Part shown: one piece after another, positions 51,501 through 60,924 of the stretch | Layout: each line of letters opens with the position of its first letter | Position numbering within the stretch: the stretch's first letter is position 1 | NCBI RefSeq assembly: GCF_002571385.2 | Contig: NW_019217896.1 | Coordinates: forward strand, 215,247-279,246 | Direction: 5' to 3' | Length of the DNA: 64,000 nucleotides | From: Stylophora pistillata | Lineage: Eukaryota | Position numbers and translations under genes: made by a program | Notes under the pieces: generated by a model | Told to the model about the DNA's origin: nothing | The model's database searches: none | The model's input: only the letters and a program-made list of their open reading frames with translations

Positions 51501-53906
51501 GGTTTTTTAATGGGTGGGATGATCGCATGGATTTCCCCCTACGGACCGACCCTGATTGGTAAATAATTTTCTTCCGGTCTTCTCTTTTATGCTTTGCTGG
51601 GACCAGCCCGGAAAACTCGGACCTTGGCCTGTACAGTGTAAAGCTGGACCGGTTCTGAGCGTGTTATTAGCCAATTATATTCGATTGTTTGACTGCCTAC
51701 TGAGATGATTTTGACAGAAATAAACACCAGTTATTGAGCCACAGTAATATTTAGTTGCTGTGTATTAAGTTTTATCTGCAATTTTTTTTATTCCCACAGC
51801 GTCAATCTGTCCATCATGCTTCTACATTAACAGCAAAAATGTGACAGAATATCATGCGGTGAGTCAAATGCCTACCGTGCCGGCGCAAACAGAGAATATG
51901 GCATCAATCAGCGGCAAAAATGTTGATACGTTACTAATAAGAGCGCAATATTATCGAAATACTCCAACCAGTGTTATTCCCAATACCCTTATTTTAACTC
52001 CCGGCTCTCCCTCTCTACAATATTACACTTGGTTTTCTATGATTCTACAGTATTGAAAGGGAAAGTTGGTTTTTTTAGCGAGCAACCCTAGCAGGCTGAT
52101 GAAAAAAGTAGGTCACTTCTAAGGTGTCGTGATGTTGATATTTTTTTGTTTTGTTATAGCCCGACACTACCTGGACAGATGGGAGCTGCTTGAAACTCAA
52201 GTGCGAACTTACTGTTAACCCTTGCTACCCTCTAAACCAAAGTGTACAGATAAAAACAGAGCATGTTATTTGCGACAAATGTCCAACGGTGAGCATTTGA
52301 GCTTGGGCTTTATATACGTCTTTCTTGTTAGTCAGCGCTTGTTTTCTTGTATCCAAACCAAGTCCAAGGGAATCATTATCGACGTGCTCATGAGCATGCA
52401 CCAATAGATTACAAGTGAGGAAATGATCTTTGCAGGTGAGCTCCAATTAGAAACGCACCTTCAGACATTTGTATACAATCTGAAGGTCAAAATATGCTTT
52501 CTTTCAGGTAATTGTTACATTAACATTTGGCTGGTTAGAAATTCAGAAAAAAACATCTACAACAGGAGCAATAACGATTGGTTACCATTGCCAATCTCCA
52601 GCGTAATTCTCAACCCACATCAGCGCCATGCATTTTAAATAACTTTGCTGATTTAAGTATTTCCTTTTCTTGTAGGGTTATATTCGACCTCCTGCCAATG
52701 ATAAGGATTGTTGTCCTCCATGCGGTAAGTTAAGTCAAGAAATCAGTGAAAAATACCAGAAGTACAAGTCTTATTGTTATGGGTATTTTACATCTACATC
52801 TCGAGGGGTAAGTACCTCACCTGGTTGATCCTCTCAGAGTTTGCGTGGACAGGGCCGACCACTTCCCGAGCTAATGAGCATGTTACTATCCACCACCCGA
52901 GAACCTATATATCATCTTTATAACTAAGATGGACTGAAGCGGTGGAGAATAATGAGGTCAAAAAGAAACAACTCACAAACGTACAAAAGAAAAAGGAGTG
53001 GTTGCGGCAGAGCTAGGAAGCTGTGTAAAACCAATGGATTTAACAGAGAAAGAAAATTATTTTGCTCATTCGAGAGCTCTATCCTGATTCAGCGACCATT
53101 TCAACACACCACCTTTTCCAACACGGACTTTGTTAAGAATATGAAGAGTAGAATAGAGTAGAGTCAGAAAAAGCTAGCTTGCGAGTCCTAAGGCCCAACT
53201 TTCCCGGGCTGACTTCGCTTTTAGTTGGTATAGAGGTATTCCCTCTCCCCCCCCACAAGGAATTCCAGGCCATCCCCCCCCCACCATTTTTTCATAATTG
53301 CCTGACATGTCGGCGAAACCCTTTTGTATCCCTGGCTAAAGAAAGGTACCGTAAGAGCGAAATGTTTAAGGAACACAAAACTGTGATTCGGTCAAGGCTC
53401 AAGCGCCGCTGCCGCATTGCTCTCTGTTAAATCAGCCTGAGAAAGCTGTTAGTTAGTCAGAATTGCTACTGATACTGATTTGCCCTTACTGAATTTTCAT
53501 AGAACCAGGCCCCAACTTCGACATAGCCAGCAGTGGCACTTGTTTACTGAAAAAAGGAAAATTTGATTACATCAAGACAAAGGAAAACTGCACATCCAGA
53601 GCTAAGTACCAGCACAACAAATGCCGCGGAACTTGTGAGTCCATGTCCACTTCAACGTATGGCGAGACCGGCCTGGAGTCGTTCTGCACATGTTGCGAGC
53701 CCGCTACAGGAAAACGCTACACGGCAACTCTAGACTGCCCCAACAACGAAGTCCGTTCGACAACCTTTTTCGAGATTAAAGCATGTCGCTGTCAACAGTT
53801 CAAGTGTGTGTCTGAACAGGACAAAAGCGGAATAAAGGAAATCGACGAAAAAGGTCAAGTTGTGGACATCAATCAACAAAGTGTTGGCCGAAGACGTCGT
53901 CGTTAA
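12509..53906 (+). CDS. Large secreted gel-forming mucin / von Willebrand factor-family protein (SP-EGFx5-Kunitz-like x2-D1-D2-D'-D3-Ser/Thr domain-VWC-like-CTCK)
   Basis: Exons: 12509-12594, (linker exon unresolved), 14716-14859, 15081-15173, 15789-15881, 16395-16496, 16806-16916, 17660-17863, 18259-18459, 18905-18934, 19957-20264, 20569-21088, 21879-22116, 22986-23032, 23929-24302, 24648-25134, 25638-25755, 25958-26104, 27192-27241, 28049-28274, 28916-29110, (missing exon, probably in gap), 32683-32932, 34617-34823, 35403-35673, 36187-36609, 37029-37097, 39029-39304, 40097-40186, 41645-41839, 42337-43373, (gap)44669-46224, 48424-48720, 49243-50265, 50859-50986, 51800-51858, 52160-52288, 52676-52724, 53503-53906. 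All visible introns are GT-AG. Phases are continuous from 14716 to the stop except across assembly gaps and the missing VWD3 exon. Confidence 0.9.
14716..16916 (+). CDS. Five EGF-like domains, one per phase 1-1 exon
   Basis: CIPMCANSGTCVNRTCICSVGWRGRSC; CSPGCLNGGTCENGKCKCPSGWEGDRC; CTKDCANGAACVNDTCVCINGWAGETC; CIPYCKNGGVCGSQPNTCNCPLGYDPKTNC; CNPDCGVGGICALNGAESRLMCLCKQGYFGAAC. Each has the 6-Cys EGF spacing. Confidence 0.92.
16021..16106 (-). mobile_element. tRNA-derived SINE-like head
   Basis: Minus strand has A-box AGCTCAGTGGTAGAGC and B-box GGTTCGATTCC, but poor acceptor and anticodon stems. A degenerate relative lies at ~8378-8410. Confidence 0.6.
17050..17256 (-). mobile_element. 3' fragment of a Penelope-like element with hammerhead motif
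   Basis: Minus strand encodes RPTLNTRKDSVILTKLLI* (resembles the C-terminus of PLE GIY-YIG ORFs), followed by the hammerhead motif at 17065-17105. Confidence 0.65.
17065..17105 (-). ncRNA. Minimal type I hammerhead ribozyme motif, U3-A8 variant core
   Basis: ACAT-TTGATAA-T-GGTGAC-ACGTC-GTTGCC-GAAA-CG-TC-ATGT: stem I ACAT/ATGT, 6-bp stem II (two G-U pairs), GAAA, GUC cleavage triplet. Confidence 0.65.
17270..17570 (-). mobile_element. Decayed 3' fragment of a CR1/L2-type LINE
   Basis: Minus-strand translation FRINIRRFCPTVIGCYYWNDI resembles the conserved C-terminal G...WN.L motif of CR1/L2 ORF2, followed by an A-rich tail. Confidence 0.4.
17660..18459 (+). CDS. Two Kunitz/BPTI-like domain exons (17660-17863 divergent, 18259-18459 clear)
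   Basis: Second domain: VCKKIWD...YYDAESNTCKNFFTLGCLGNANNFGSMNSCEDKC (Kunitz motif GC.GN.NNF...C...C). First domain: NPCEMDLDEG...ACLKY...QCPSLKTSFNQTECEKYC, with the same Cys spacing. Confidence 0.8.
19609..19789. mobile_element. MITE with ~65-bp imperfect inverted arms
   Basis: AGACCACTTTCATAAATGGCTGCCG..AATATTCTTTTGTTTAAATTTAAATCAGCCCT versus AGGGCTAATTTAAATTTAAACAAAAGAATATT..CGGCAGCCATTTAGGAAGGTGGTCT. Confidence 0.85.
19957..35673 (+). CDS. D1-D2-D'-D3 assemblies (VWD, C8, TIL, E modules)
   Basis: VWD1 GTCFVTGRDHFNTFD...VGLCG; VWD2 GTCSVIGDPHVTTFDG...CGLCG; D' TIL 28049-28274; VWD3 ECAATGQDHYRSFDG...SGLCGNFNG; C8-3 HESCLCNAGGDCACFCSAIATYVRAC. Confidence 0.93.
27449..27890. repeat. 19-bp minisatellite (TTGCGGTTAGCGGGTTTTG x3) followed by a (TGAA)n/(GGAT)n low-complexity tract
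   Basis: Directly visible; pure (GAAT)n run at ~27776-27811. Confidence 0.85.
29644..29863. mobile_element. MITE with ~78-bp inverted arms abutting an assembly gap
   Basis: AATAGTCCATTTTACAGTTGTGTGCTTGGTTGCCAAGCCTTTGA..GAGTGAGGCTGAGGGTGACCTTGTTATGATA mirrors TATCATGACAAGGTCACCTTCAGCCTCACTCC..TCAAAGGCTTGGCAACTAAGTACACAACTGTAAAATGGCCTATT. Confidence 0.88.
29864..30270. other. Assembly gap (407 N)
   Basis: Run of N. Confidence 1.
30318..30388 (-). mobile_element. tRNA-like head (SINE or tRNA pseudogene)
   Basis: GTCCTGA TAGTGTAGTGGTCATCAC ACCTG ACTAGTAA CAGG GGGAC GTGGGTTCAAATCCCGC TCAGGGA: cloverleaf-like with A and B boxes but an 8-nt anticodon loop and a mismatched acceptor end. Confidence 0.6.
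33048..33435. mobile_element. Young MITE with long TIRs and a target-site duplication
   Basis: Perfect 27-bp TIR CATCCTCGGAGACCCAGGGGCAGTGAG, extending to ~60 bp; flanked by direct repeat GGTCTAACC at 33039-33047 and 33436-33444. Confidence 0.93.
33801..34568. mobile_element. Non-coding Penelope-like derivative: inverted hammerhead-bearing arms around ~165-bp tandem units, 14-bp TSD
   Basis: Inverted arms 33802-33892 and 34421-34511; about 3 internal units starting AGATTTCA; direct repeat CTTGTTTGAAAAGA at 33787-33800 and 34569-34582. Confidence 0.8.
34423..34456 (+). ncRNA. Minimal hammerhead-like motif (CCGACGA core); inverted copy at 33857-33890
   Basis: GCT-CCGACGA-A-GGGC-TAAC-GCTC-GAAA-CG-TC-AGC: stem I GCT/AGC, stem II GGGC/GCTC, GAAA, GUC triplet. 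Confidence 0.65.
36187..50986 (+). CDS. Ser/Thr-rich mucin domain, ~1,700 aa over 10 exons
   Basis: Long stop-free S/T ORFs (e.g. SVSTPTTTVFSTYSSASTSTSTSVSTSVSTSTSTSVSIPTTSVSTT) bounded by splice sites. The gap-free internal exons are 423, 69, 276, 90, 195, 297 and 1023 nt, all multiples of 3. Confidence 0.9.
37716..38675. mobile_element. Inverted-repeat MITE interrupted by a tRNA-SINE-like insertion (38089-38642)
   Basis: Left arm CCTCTTCTCTTTTTACAAATACCGCTTAAAGTGTTC..CTCAATAGATCTGGCAT pairs with the split right arm ATGCCAGATCTATTGAG..GAACATTTTGAGCG | GTATTTGTAAAAAGAGTAGAGG. The insertion is flanked by CATTTTGAGCG (38078-38088, 38643-38653) and has a tRNA-like head at 38246-38317. Confidence 0.8.
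44350..44668. other. Assembly gap (319 N) hiding the 5' end of a Ser/Thr exon
   Basis: Run of N; the S/T ORF begins immediately after it without a splice acceptor. Confidence 1.
47998..48183. mobile_element. Tc1/mariner-pogo-type MITE
   Basis: TA|CAGTGGAACATCGATTTAACGAA...TTCGTTAAATCGAGGTTCCACTG|TA: 23-bp TIR with one mismatch and a TA duplication. Confidence 0.9.
51800..53906 (+). CDS. C-terminal VWC-like module and cystine-knot (CTCK) domain
   Basis: PDTTWTDGSCLKLKC...CDKCP...DCCPPC, then TC...NC...KCRGTC...FCTCCEP...LDCPN...ACRCQQFKC (11 Cys, CxGxC and CxC knot motifs). Stop TAA at 53904-53906; AATAAA at 53986. Confidence 0.92.
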
Positions 53907-54954
53907 GCAATTATAGGGGAACGAATGGGTCAAAGTAATAGTTATCTCACAAACTCGTAACCTTATATGATGGGAGTTAATGTCTAATAAAAAACGTACC
54001 GGAGATGTAAATGGCTGCGAGTGTTATTTCTTCGTGGTGTGATCTTGATTTTTACTTGCACACTTACCCCTATACCCATTTATACACAGGTAAAAAGGTT
54101 CCGTTTCAATTCCATTCCTGTGAATATAAATACGCGCGATATTGAATCCTTCACTTGGCCTTGAAGACCAGATTCGAAAACACGCGAAGTTCTTTTAAAT
54201 TTCCTAAATACTTTCGTCTTTGCGCAATTTCAATTGGTAATTGATGGTTTCGCCCCATTACAAGTTCGCTTTTAGAACCATCTTTGTGAGTTCGCTCCAA
54301 CCCTTATAAGTTCACCCCCAAATCGAGATCGTGGAATTTTTTACACAACTGCAAATGCACGCCATAAATCCCTGCACAAACGGCTAGGAGTGTCGAATTA
54401 CGAAAGAAGTATGGTGGTTTCGCCCCATACCACATTTGCGAGTTCGCCCCCTAACGTAAAGTACGTTCGCCCAACCTTTGCCAGTTCGCCCTCAAACCTT
54501 TGGACTCTTTTCCTCAGCACAGAACGTATTCTTTTTCTGTCGAAATCGGGATTTGCTTCGACCCACGTACAATTTCACAATGAAGGCGTAACAAAGTAAA
54601 TACTTTCACACCAAAAATCAACTGTTATAATTACATGAGTTAACTAAAAAAAACCACACCCATGTCTATATATTGAAATGATCATGAAAGAAATAAATAT
54701 TGAATGGAGTTCTTCAGTTCCACGTCAACACCATTTTTTAAACAGGCTAGCGCGCTTTTTAAAACACTTCCCTGGGAAGCTCGTGGCTCCGTTGCCATTC
54801 AACACGGTAATTGTTCGGGTGAGATTCAATATGGCGACCAATTGAGATCTAAGAGGGTTAGTCTGTGTCAGAGCTGAGCACTGTCTTCAGGTATTTTTAA
54901 ATCTAAAACTAGGAGGTTAGTTGACAGTTAAGAACGGTGAGATCATCAAAATAG

Positions 54955-55530
54955 AGGATTCACGTCAGTATCTCGCGCACTTTTAGGATCCTCATACGTT
55001 GGATTGTTACGTCAGTATCTCGCGCACTTTTAGGATCCTCTTACGTTGGATTATTACGTCAGTATCTCGCGCACTTTTAGGATCCTCTTACGTTGCNATT
55101 ATTACGTCAGTATCTCGCGCACTTTTAGGATCCTCTTACGTTGGATTGTTACGTTAGTATCCCCTCACTTTTAAGATTGCTTTTCATCGGATTGTAAAGT
55201 TTGTATGTCGAGCACTTTTAAGATTTTATTTCATTGGATTGTTACATTTGTAATCTTAGATTTGATTGTTACATTAGTACCACGCATATTTTTGGGACCG
55301 TCTTTCATTAGTTTTTTACTTTAGTGTCTTGCTCACTTTAAAATTCCCTTTCATTCGAGTATCTTGTACACTTAAAATTTTAGGATTATATTTTACTCGA
55401 TTGTTAAATTTGTATCTCGTGCACTGTTAGAATTCTCTCTCACTGGGTTGTTATAATAGTACCTCGTGCACTTTTAGAATTTTCTCTTAGGATTCTCTTT
55501 CATTCGAAAGTTAAATTATTGTCTCGCGCA
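54955..55530. repeat. ~47-bp satellite; same family at 60640-60827 and 63101-64000
   Basis: Unit TTACGTCAGTATCTCGCGCACTTTTAGGATCCTCTTACGTTGGATTG: about four near-identical copies, then progressively degenerate ones. Confidence 0.88.
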
Positions 55531-56099
55531 AATCTAGGTTAGTCTTCTACCACTCTCATTAAGATCATTTTAAGCGTAGATCATAGATAAAAGAGTCGTT
55601 GATCCCGAGGAAATCATTGATATGACGGTGAAAACTCCCGATGAGGAGTTTAACGATAAGAAATAGCTATTAACGGCTTTCAGAACGCTTAAAATGATTC
55701 AAAAGTAAAGTGATTTTAGTTGGGATCTCGTCGAAAGGCATGGATACAGGTTAGCGGTGTAATCAGCTATTTTTCAATCTCATAAAATGAATTTGAAAAT
55801 CAAAATATTTTTAAACTGTCATTTTTATTAACGAGAATCAGTGAAAGAGATGATAAACTGAGTATTTTTGGAAACCTGGAGACTAGTCTACCATTTTATA
55901 GATACTTCCAGATCTAAAAATGTTATAGCTAAGCGGCTGAATTGGGGAGATCGGTAGAACTCTTAACGGTTTGGCGGCCAATATGAAGCTGTAATTTTGA
56001 CGATTGACGAAAAAAATCTAAGCATTTAGATGGCTGATTGATTGATTTTAGGCCCTTTCACGGCTGACGTAAATTCCCATTGAGGCCCTCACTTAAGGT

Positions 56100-56620
56100 T
56101 CTCGGCACAGGCTCTCAATTCGGGTTCTTCTTTCAAGCTCACAGCCCAAGCTCTCAGTTCAAACTCTCAGCTAATTTTCTCATATCAGGCATGCAGTTCA
56201 GGCTCGCAGTTCATTTCCTCGGCTCATTTCTCAGTCCAGGCTCTCCGGCAGTTCAGGCTCTCCGGCAGTTCAGGCTCTCCGGCAGTTCAGGCTCTCCGTC
56301 CAGATTCTTACTCAAGGCTCTCAGTCCAGGCTCTCAGTCCGTGATCTCAGTTCATGCTCCGAGTTCATGATCTTGTTTCATGTTCTGAGTTCATGTTCTG
56401 AGTTCATGTTCTGAGTTCACGTTCTGAGTTCATGTTCTGAGTTCATGTTCTGAGTTCATTTTCTGAGTTCATGTTCTGAGTTCACGTTCTGAGTTCACGT
56501 TCTGAGTTCACGTTCTGAGTTTATGTTCTGAGCTCATGTTCTGTGTTCATGTTCTGAGTTCACGTTCTGAGTTCGCGTTCTGAGTTTACGTTCTGAGTTT
56601 ATGTTCTGTGTTCATGTTCA
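56100..56620. repeat. 12-bp (GTTCTGAGTTCA-type) and 17-bp (CAGGCTCTCCGGCAGTT) minisatellites; a degenerate continuation resumes at 60240-60370
   Basis: Directly visible tandem periodicity. Confidence 0.88.
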
Positions 56621-57584
56621 GGTATTCAGGGCGCTTTTGCTTTTATGTACACACTCCTCTTTGACCAGTACAGGCCTGAAATTTTTTTCAGGTCTGATTT
56701 TCACTATTGCTCAAATAGTGCTTTACTGCGAAGGATCGTGCACATATACGTTACAAAGTATTATTCTGAAAAAGCCCTATAAAATATTACTGTCATTAAT
56801 AGTTGATTTGCAGCTTATTTTCACTGGGACATCTGGGAACAAGTTAGAGATTACATTTAACGGTTATTACGAGCGGGTATTTTTCATCACTGAGCACCTT
56901 TATATCAGTCAGATATAGCCCGACAAAAATTGTGGAAATGTCCCCAATATACATTTCCCTATTCATTCGTAGAATAAACCTCCTTCAGACATTCACTGGT
57001 TAAAAATTTATTTTTATCTCGCTCAAATGACATTTATAATACAAAGGACAATTAACTTTACTACATGCCAATCATATCTGTAGACAAGAAAGTTATTCAC
57101 ATGATTTGCACTTGAAATAACAATCAATTAAATATTTTAACAGCCATTTCCATGAAGGTTACAATCTTTTAGTGTCGAGCCAAACATTAGAGACATGACA
57201 ACATTTATTTATGTTAGAAAAAATCTCAAATTCGCTGATTGATTTATGGTTAAGTTACCTGATCATTGATTCGAATGTGTTGATCAGCTAGGTTCTGAAA
57301 CTTTGACGTTGGGCGTGACGTAGTCACTTAAAGTTCGATTTATCAGGGAAGTTAACAGGGAGTTAGAGTCAACCGAGTTCGAGGCAGCTGATAATACTAT
57401 GATAAATGATAAAGAAAATGGGGTCAAATCAAAGGGAAATTGGATTTTGTTTGTCGTTTTAACCGAGTTTGAGTTATTAGCGGAGCTCTATTTTACTAGC
57501 CTTTTTTGTGCATGTGACGTCACGATAAAAGAGTTCATAACTTTAATAAGTTATTTGGCGCGAAAATGTGGCCAAACTGCCCCA

Positions 57585-59940
57585 CAGATCTTGGTTTCGA
57601 ACTGGCCCAGGAGTATATACCACCAAATTTTCTGCAGGCTGACATCCAGATCAGGTCCAAGCAGAACCTCATTTTCCCTACAACCCAGCAGTAAGGCGAC
57701 CTTTGTCGGGAAAACTTGAAGACCTCGTGCGTTGAAGGTACCTTCAAGTTTTGCTGCCCTTCATTCATGCATCTTTTCTCCACAGATGAATTTACAAAAA
57801 GAAGTGAACTAGCCGAGGAAGTTCCCCTCCTGTTCATGGTCATGTCCGGGAAGAAAAATCGAAACTACCGTGAGGTAGTAGACGATCAGAGTAATTACTT
57901 AACTATCGAATGTTAAACTATTAGTCCTGCTATACTATAAATGCTACATAATATTACTAGGAATGACAATCAAAGACAACATTTTATTTCTGGTAACTCT
58001 AAGTTTCACAATTTTTACTCCTTTTTGTGTCTCGAGTAGTGCCTGATCTACTTTCTGTTTTGTTATTGGTTAAGAAGTTGGTCTTGGATTTTTTAAGCAC
58101 CTTATGGTCAGTTTTCCCGCGGTTACTGTCTGACGTGGCACGTCAAGGTTGTCTGTTTCACTGGACACGAGCATTGTGGAGGAAGGTGATGATAACTCAC
58201 AATTCGAATGATAACAGACTTCATAGGTTACCGGTTTGCAAACCGTTGACTTTAAGTAAAGCATAATGTAGCTAGAGAATACATAGCAATCACCCGTGTT
58301 GTGACAAAATTTCTGTAACTTCTCGTAACGTTGTCAATTACGTGAGACGCTCAGAAAATCTTTGATTTACTCTTCTCGTTAATAGATTCAAGAGGTTGGG
58401 CTCCAATCGGCTCATCAATCGAAAAGACGATTTCTACAGATTCGTAACAACTTGCGAGGAATTACCCTTCGTCTGTGCCGAGTAAAATCTTTTGCAAGGT
58501 CATTATACAGCGCAAACCCAAGCTGTTGATGACAATCTGTGGAACGAACAATCTGGATATCGCAAGGGGCGTGGATGTGCGGATCATATTTTCACACTAC
58601 GGAACATACTTGAGCAATGTACTGAGTAGAACAGGGAGTTGTATGTAAATTTCATAGACTATGAGAAAGCATTTGACAGCATTCATAGGGACAGTTTTTG
58701 ACAGATTCTGAGAGCATATGGCATTCCACAACGTATTGTTAATATCATCAAATGCTTCTACTCAAATTGCACATGTTACATCGGTCAGGGGGATCTAAGT
58801 TTTGAAGTTAAAACCGGTGTACGGCATGGATGTGTCATGTCGTCCATGCTATTCAATATTGCTATCGACTGGGTCCTTTGTCGAACAATGGAAGATCAGC
58901 GAATAGGCATAAGATGGACCCCTTTTACTACGCTTGAAGCCCTCGACTTCGCAGACGATTTAGCCCTATTGTCCCACACTCGACAGCATATTCAGGAGAA
59001 GACAGACCGGCTCAGCATGTTTAGCAACCAGGTCGGCTTGAGAATTAGCTTGAAGGAGACGGAGGTCATGTATGTTAATTTCCCTTCCGCCAACAAAGAT
59101 CAGGGTAAGAGGACAGGACATTCCATACACCAACAAGTTCACATACCTCGGAAGTGTGCTCTGCCAAGATGGAGGTACTAGTGTAGATAAACTAAGCAGA
59201 TTGAACAAAGCAAGATATGCCTTTATGAGTTTATGATCAATGTGGAGGTCAGCAAGCTATAGCACAGAGACGAAGCTTAGAATCTATCAGAGCTGCGTAT
59301 TGTCAACTCTCCTTTGCGGCTCGGAATGCTGGCGAATGACAGAACAAGACCTCTCAAGACTAGCATCCTTCCACACAGCTAGCCTCAGGAAGATTCTGAG
59401 AATCTTCTGGCCTCAGAAAATATCAAACGACCAGCTACTGAGGCAAACTAGGCAGGAGGATATTCGTACACTTGTCACCAGGAGAAGATGGAGGTGGATT
59501 GGACATGTGATGCGGAAGCCCAGTAACAACATAGCCAGAATTGCAATACGCTGGACACCTGAAGGCAAACGAAGCAGAGGACGACCGAAAACAACTTGGC
59601 GTGGGACTGTAGAGAAGGGACTAAAGGAGCTCAATTACAGCTGGTGCACCATTGAAAAAAAACTGGCTAAAGATAGACAGGGTTGGAAGGATTTTGTTGC
59701 TGCCCCATGATGTGCCACGCAGGCATGATGGGCAGTAAGTAAGTAAGTAACGTTGTCAATTGCGCGAGATGCTCAGAAAATCTTTGATTTACTCTTCTCA
59801 TTAATAGATTCAATAAATTGGGCTCCAATCGGCTCATCAATCGAAAAGACGATTTCTACAGATTCGTAGGGAAATTCTTGGCTCTATCATTCCTCCCCCT
59901 ACAGAATGACAGTGAAAGCGACCATTCATCTTCTTCAACA
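57585..59940 (+). pseudogene. Decayed intron-containing MULE (Mutator-like) transposase, interrupted by an RTE LINE
   Basis: DLGFELAQEYIPPNFLQADIQI...CVEGTFK...VPLLFMVMSGKKNRNYRE; LDFLSTLWSVF...QGCLFHWTRALWRKV; IQEVGLQSA...FVGKFLALSFLP. These match the MULE motifs DGTFK, DFE, GCxFH and LALPFLP. Stops and frameshifts are present. Confidence 0.72.
58447..59746 (+). mobile_element. 5'-truncated, decayed RTE-clade LINE (reverse transcriptase)
   Basis: EQSGYRKGRGCADHIFTLR, FIDYEKAFDSIHR, GVRHGCVMS, LDFADD, RWRWIGHVMR, WTPEGKRSRGRPKTTWR; in-frame stops and frameshifts; (GTAA)n 3' tail; 122-bp flanking duplication. Confidence 0.92.
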
Positions 59941-60462
59941 GTTCATGGGGTATTTTGGTAAAGGTTACATAGAGCGTACCTTTGCCACATCGGTAGAAAT
60001 ATACGGGAGACTTGCGGACTTGGAGAGGTAAGTTTCGTTTCTTGTCTTTGTGTACTTATCGTTCTGTATTTCGCTTTTCCTCCAGTGTTTGTGTTAGGAA
60101 TTTCTCTGTTTCTTAGTGAGTCAAGCAAAATGCTTTGAAATGAAAAAAAACCTAGTTGCGAGCTTTTTATCACTATGAAGCAGACTAACGCATTTCTGCA
60201 TTTTTGTTATATTTATAAATCGAGGATAAAGATAATTTTTACGTTCTGAGTTTATGCTCGCAGTTTATGTCCTCATTTCAATCTTGGAGTTGAGGCTCAC
60301 AGTTCGTACCTTCAGTTCATGTTCCGAGTCCAGGCGCTCAGTTCAGTTTCTTAGTTGAGGCTCTCAATTTCAAGGCCTTTGACGGTTGATGTACGTTAGG
60401 AAATATTTTTTCATGAGTTAAAATAAATTTCAAATTTTTTGAAATGGAAAATTAATGATGTT

Positions 60463-60594
60463 CAGGGCCCAATTGTATAAAAGGCAGATATCGCTATCCA
60501 GCGGATAAGAGATAGCAAAACGTACTGCGCTATCCACCGGATAGAGATTTATTCAGTGTACAGCGTTATCCAACCTTCGAACAACCGAGGCCAG
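60463..60594. mobile_element. Small MITE
   Basis: Imperfect inverted ends GGCCCAATTGTATAAAAGG / CCTTCGAACAACCGAGGCC; internal repeated CGCTATCCA.CGGATA motif. Confidence 0.55.
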
Positions 60595-60876
60595 AACTAT
60601 TCGAAGTGATGAGTATTGAACGAGTAGCTTGTATTCGGATCCTCGTGTTTGTCTTTCATTCGACTGTAACAATGGTATCTTTTTCATTGGATTGGCACGT
60701 TAGTGTCTCGCGCACTTTTAGAATTCTCTTTTATTGGCTTATGACGTCAGTATCTCGCGCACTTTTAGAAATCTCTTTTATTGGCTTATGACGTTAGTGT
60801 CTCGCGCACTTTTAGAATTCTCTTTAAGGACAAGTGACAATAACTCTCAAAAACGAAACGACAACTTTGAGTTTAA

Positions 60877-60924
60877 ATTTACAAGACATGTTTCGACATT
60901 CTCATGTCATCTTCAGTTGCAAAT
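60877..60924 (-). ncRNA. Second (inverted) copy of the Penelope hammerhead ribozyme
   Basis: Minus strand ATTTGCAA-CTGAAGA-T-GACAT-GAGA-ATGTC-GAAA-CATG-TC-TTGTAAAT, with an 8-bp stem I (one G-U). Confidence 0.85.

Noticed and set aside
12509-53906. Assigning SSPO, VWF, OTOG, MUC2 or MUC5AC as gene symbol
   Set aside because: No TSP1/LDLa repeats (SCO-spondin), no VWA domains (VWF), and no D4 or CysD seen. One-to-one orthology cannot be established without a phylogeny.
56080-56370. 96-aa Ser/Gly/Phe-rich ORF
   Set aside because: Lies within degenerate 12/17-bp minisatellite; no domain or splice support.
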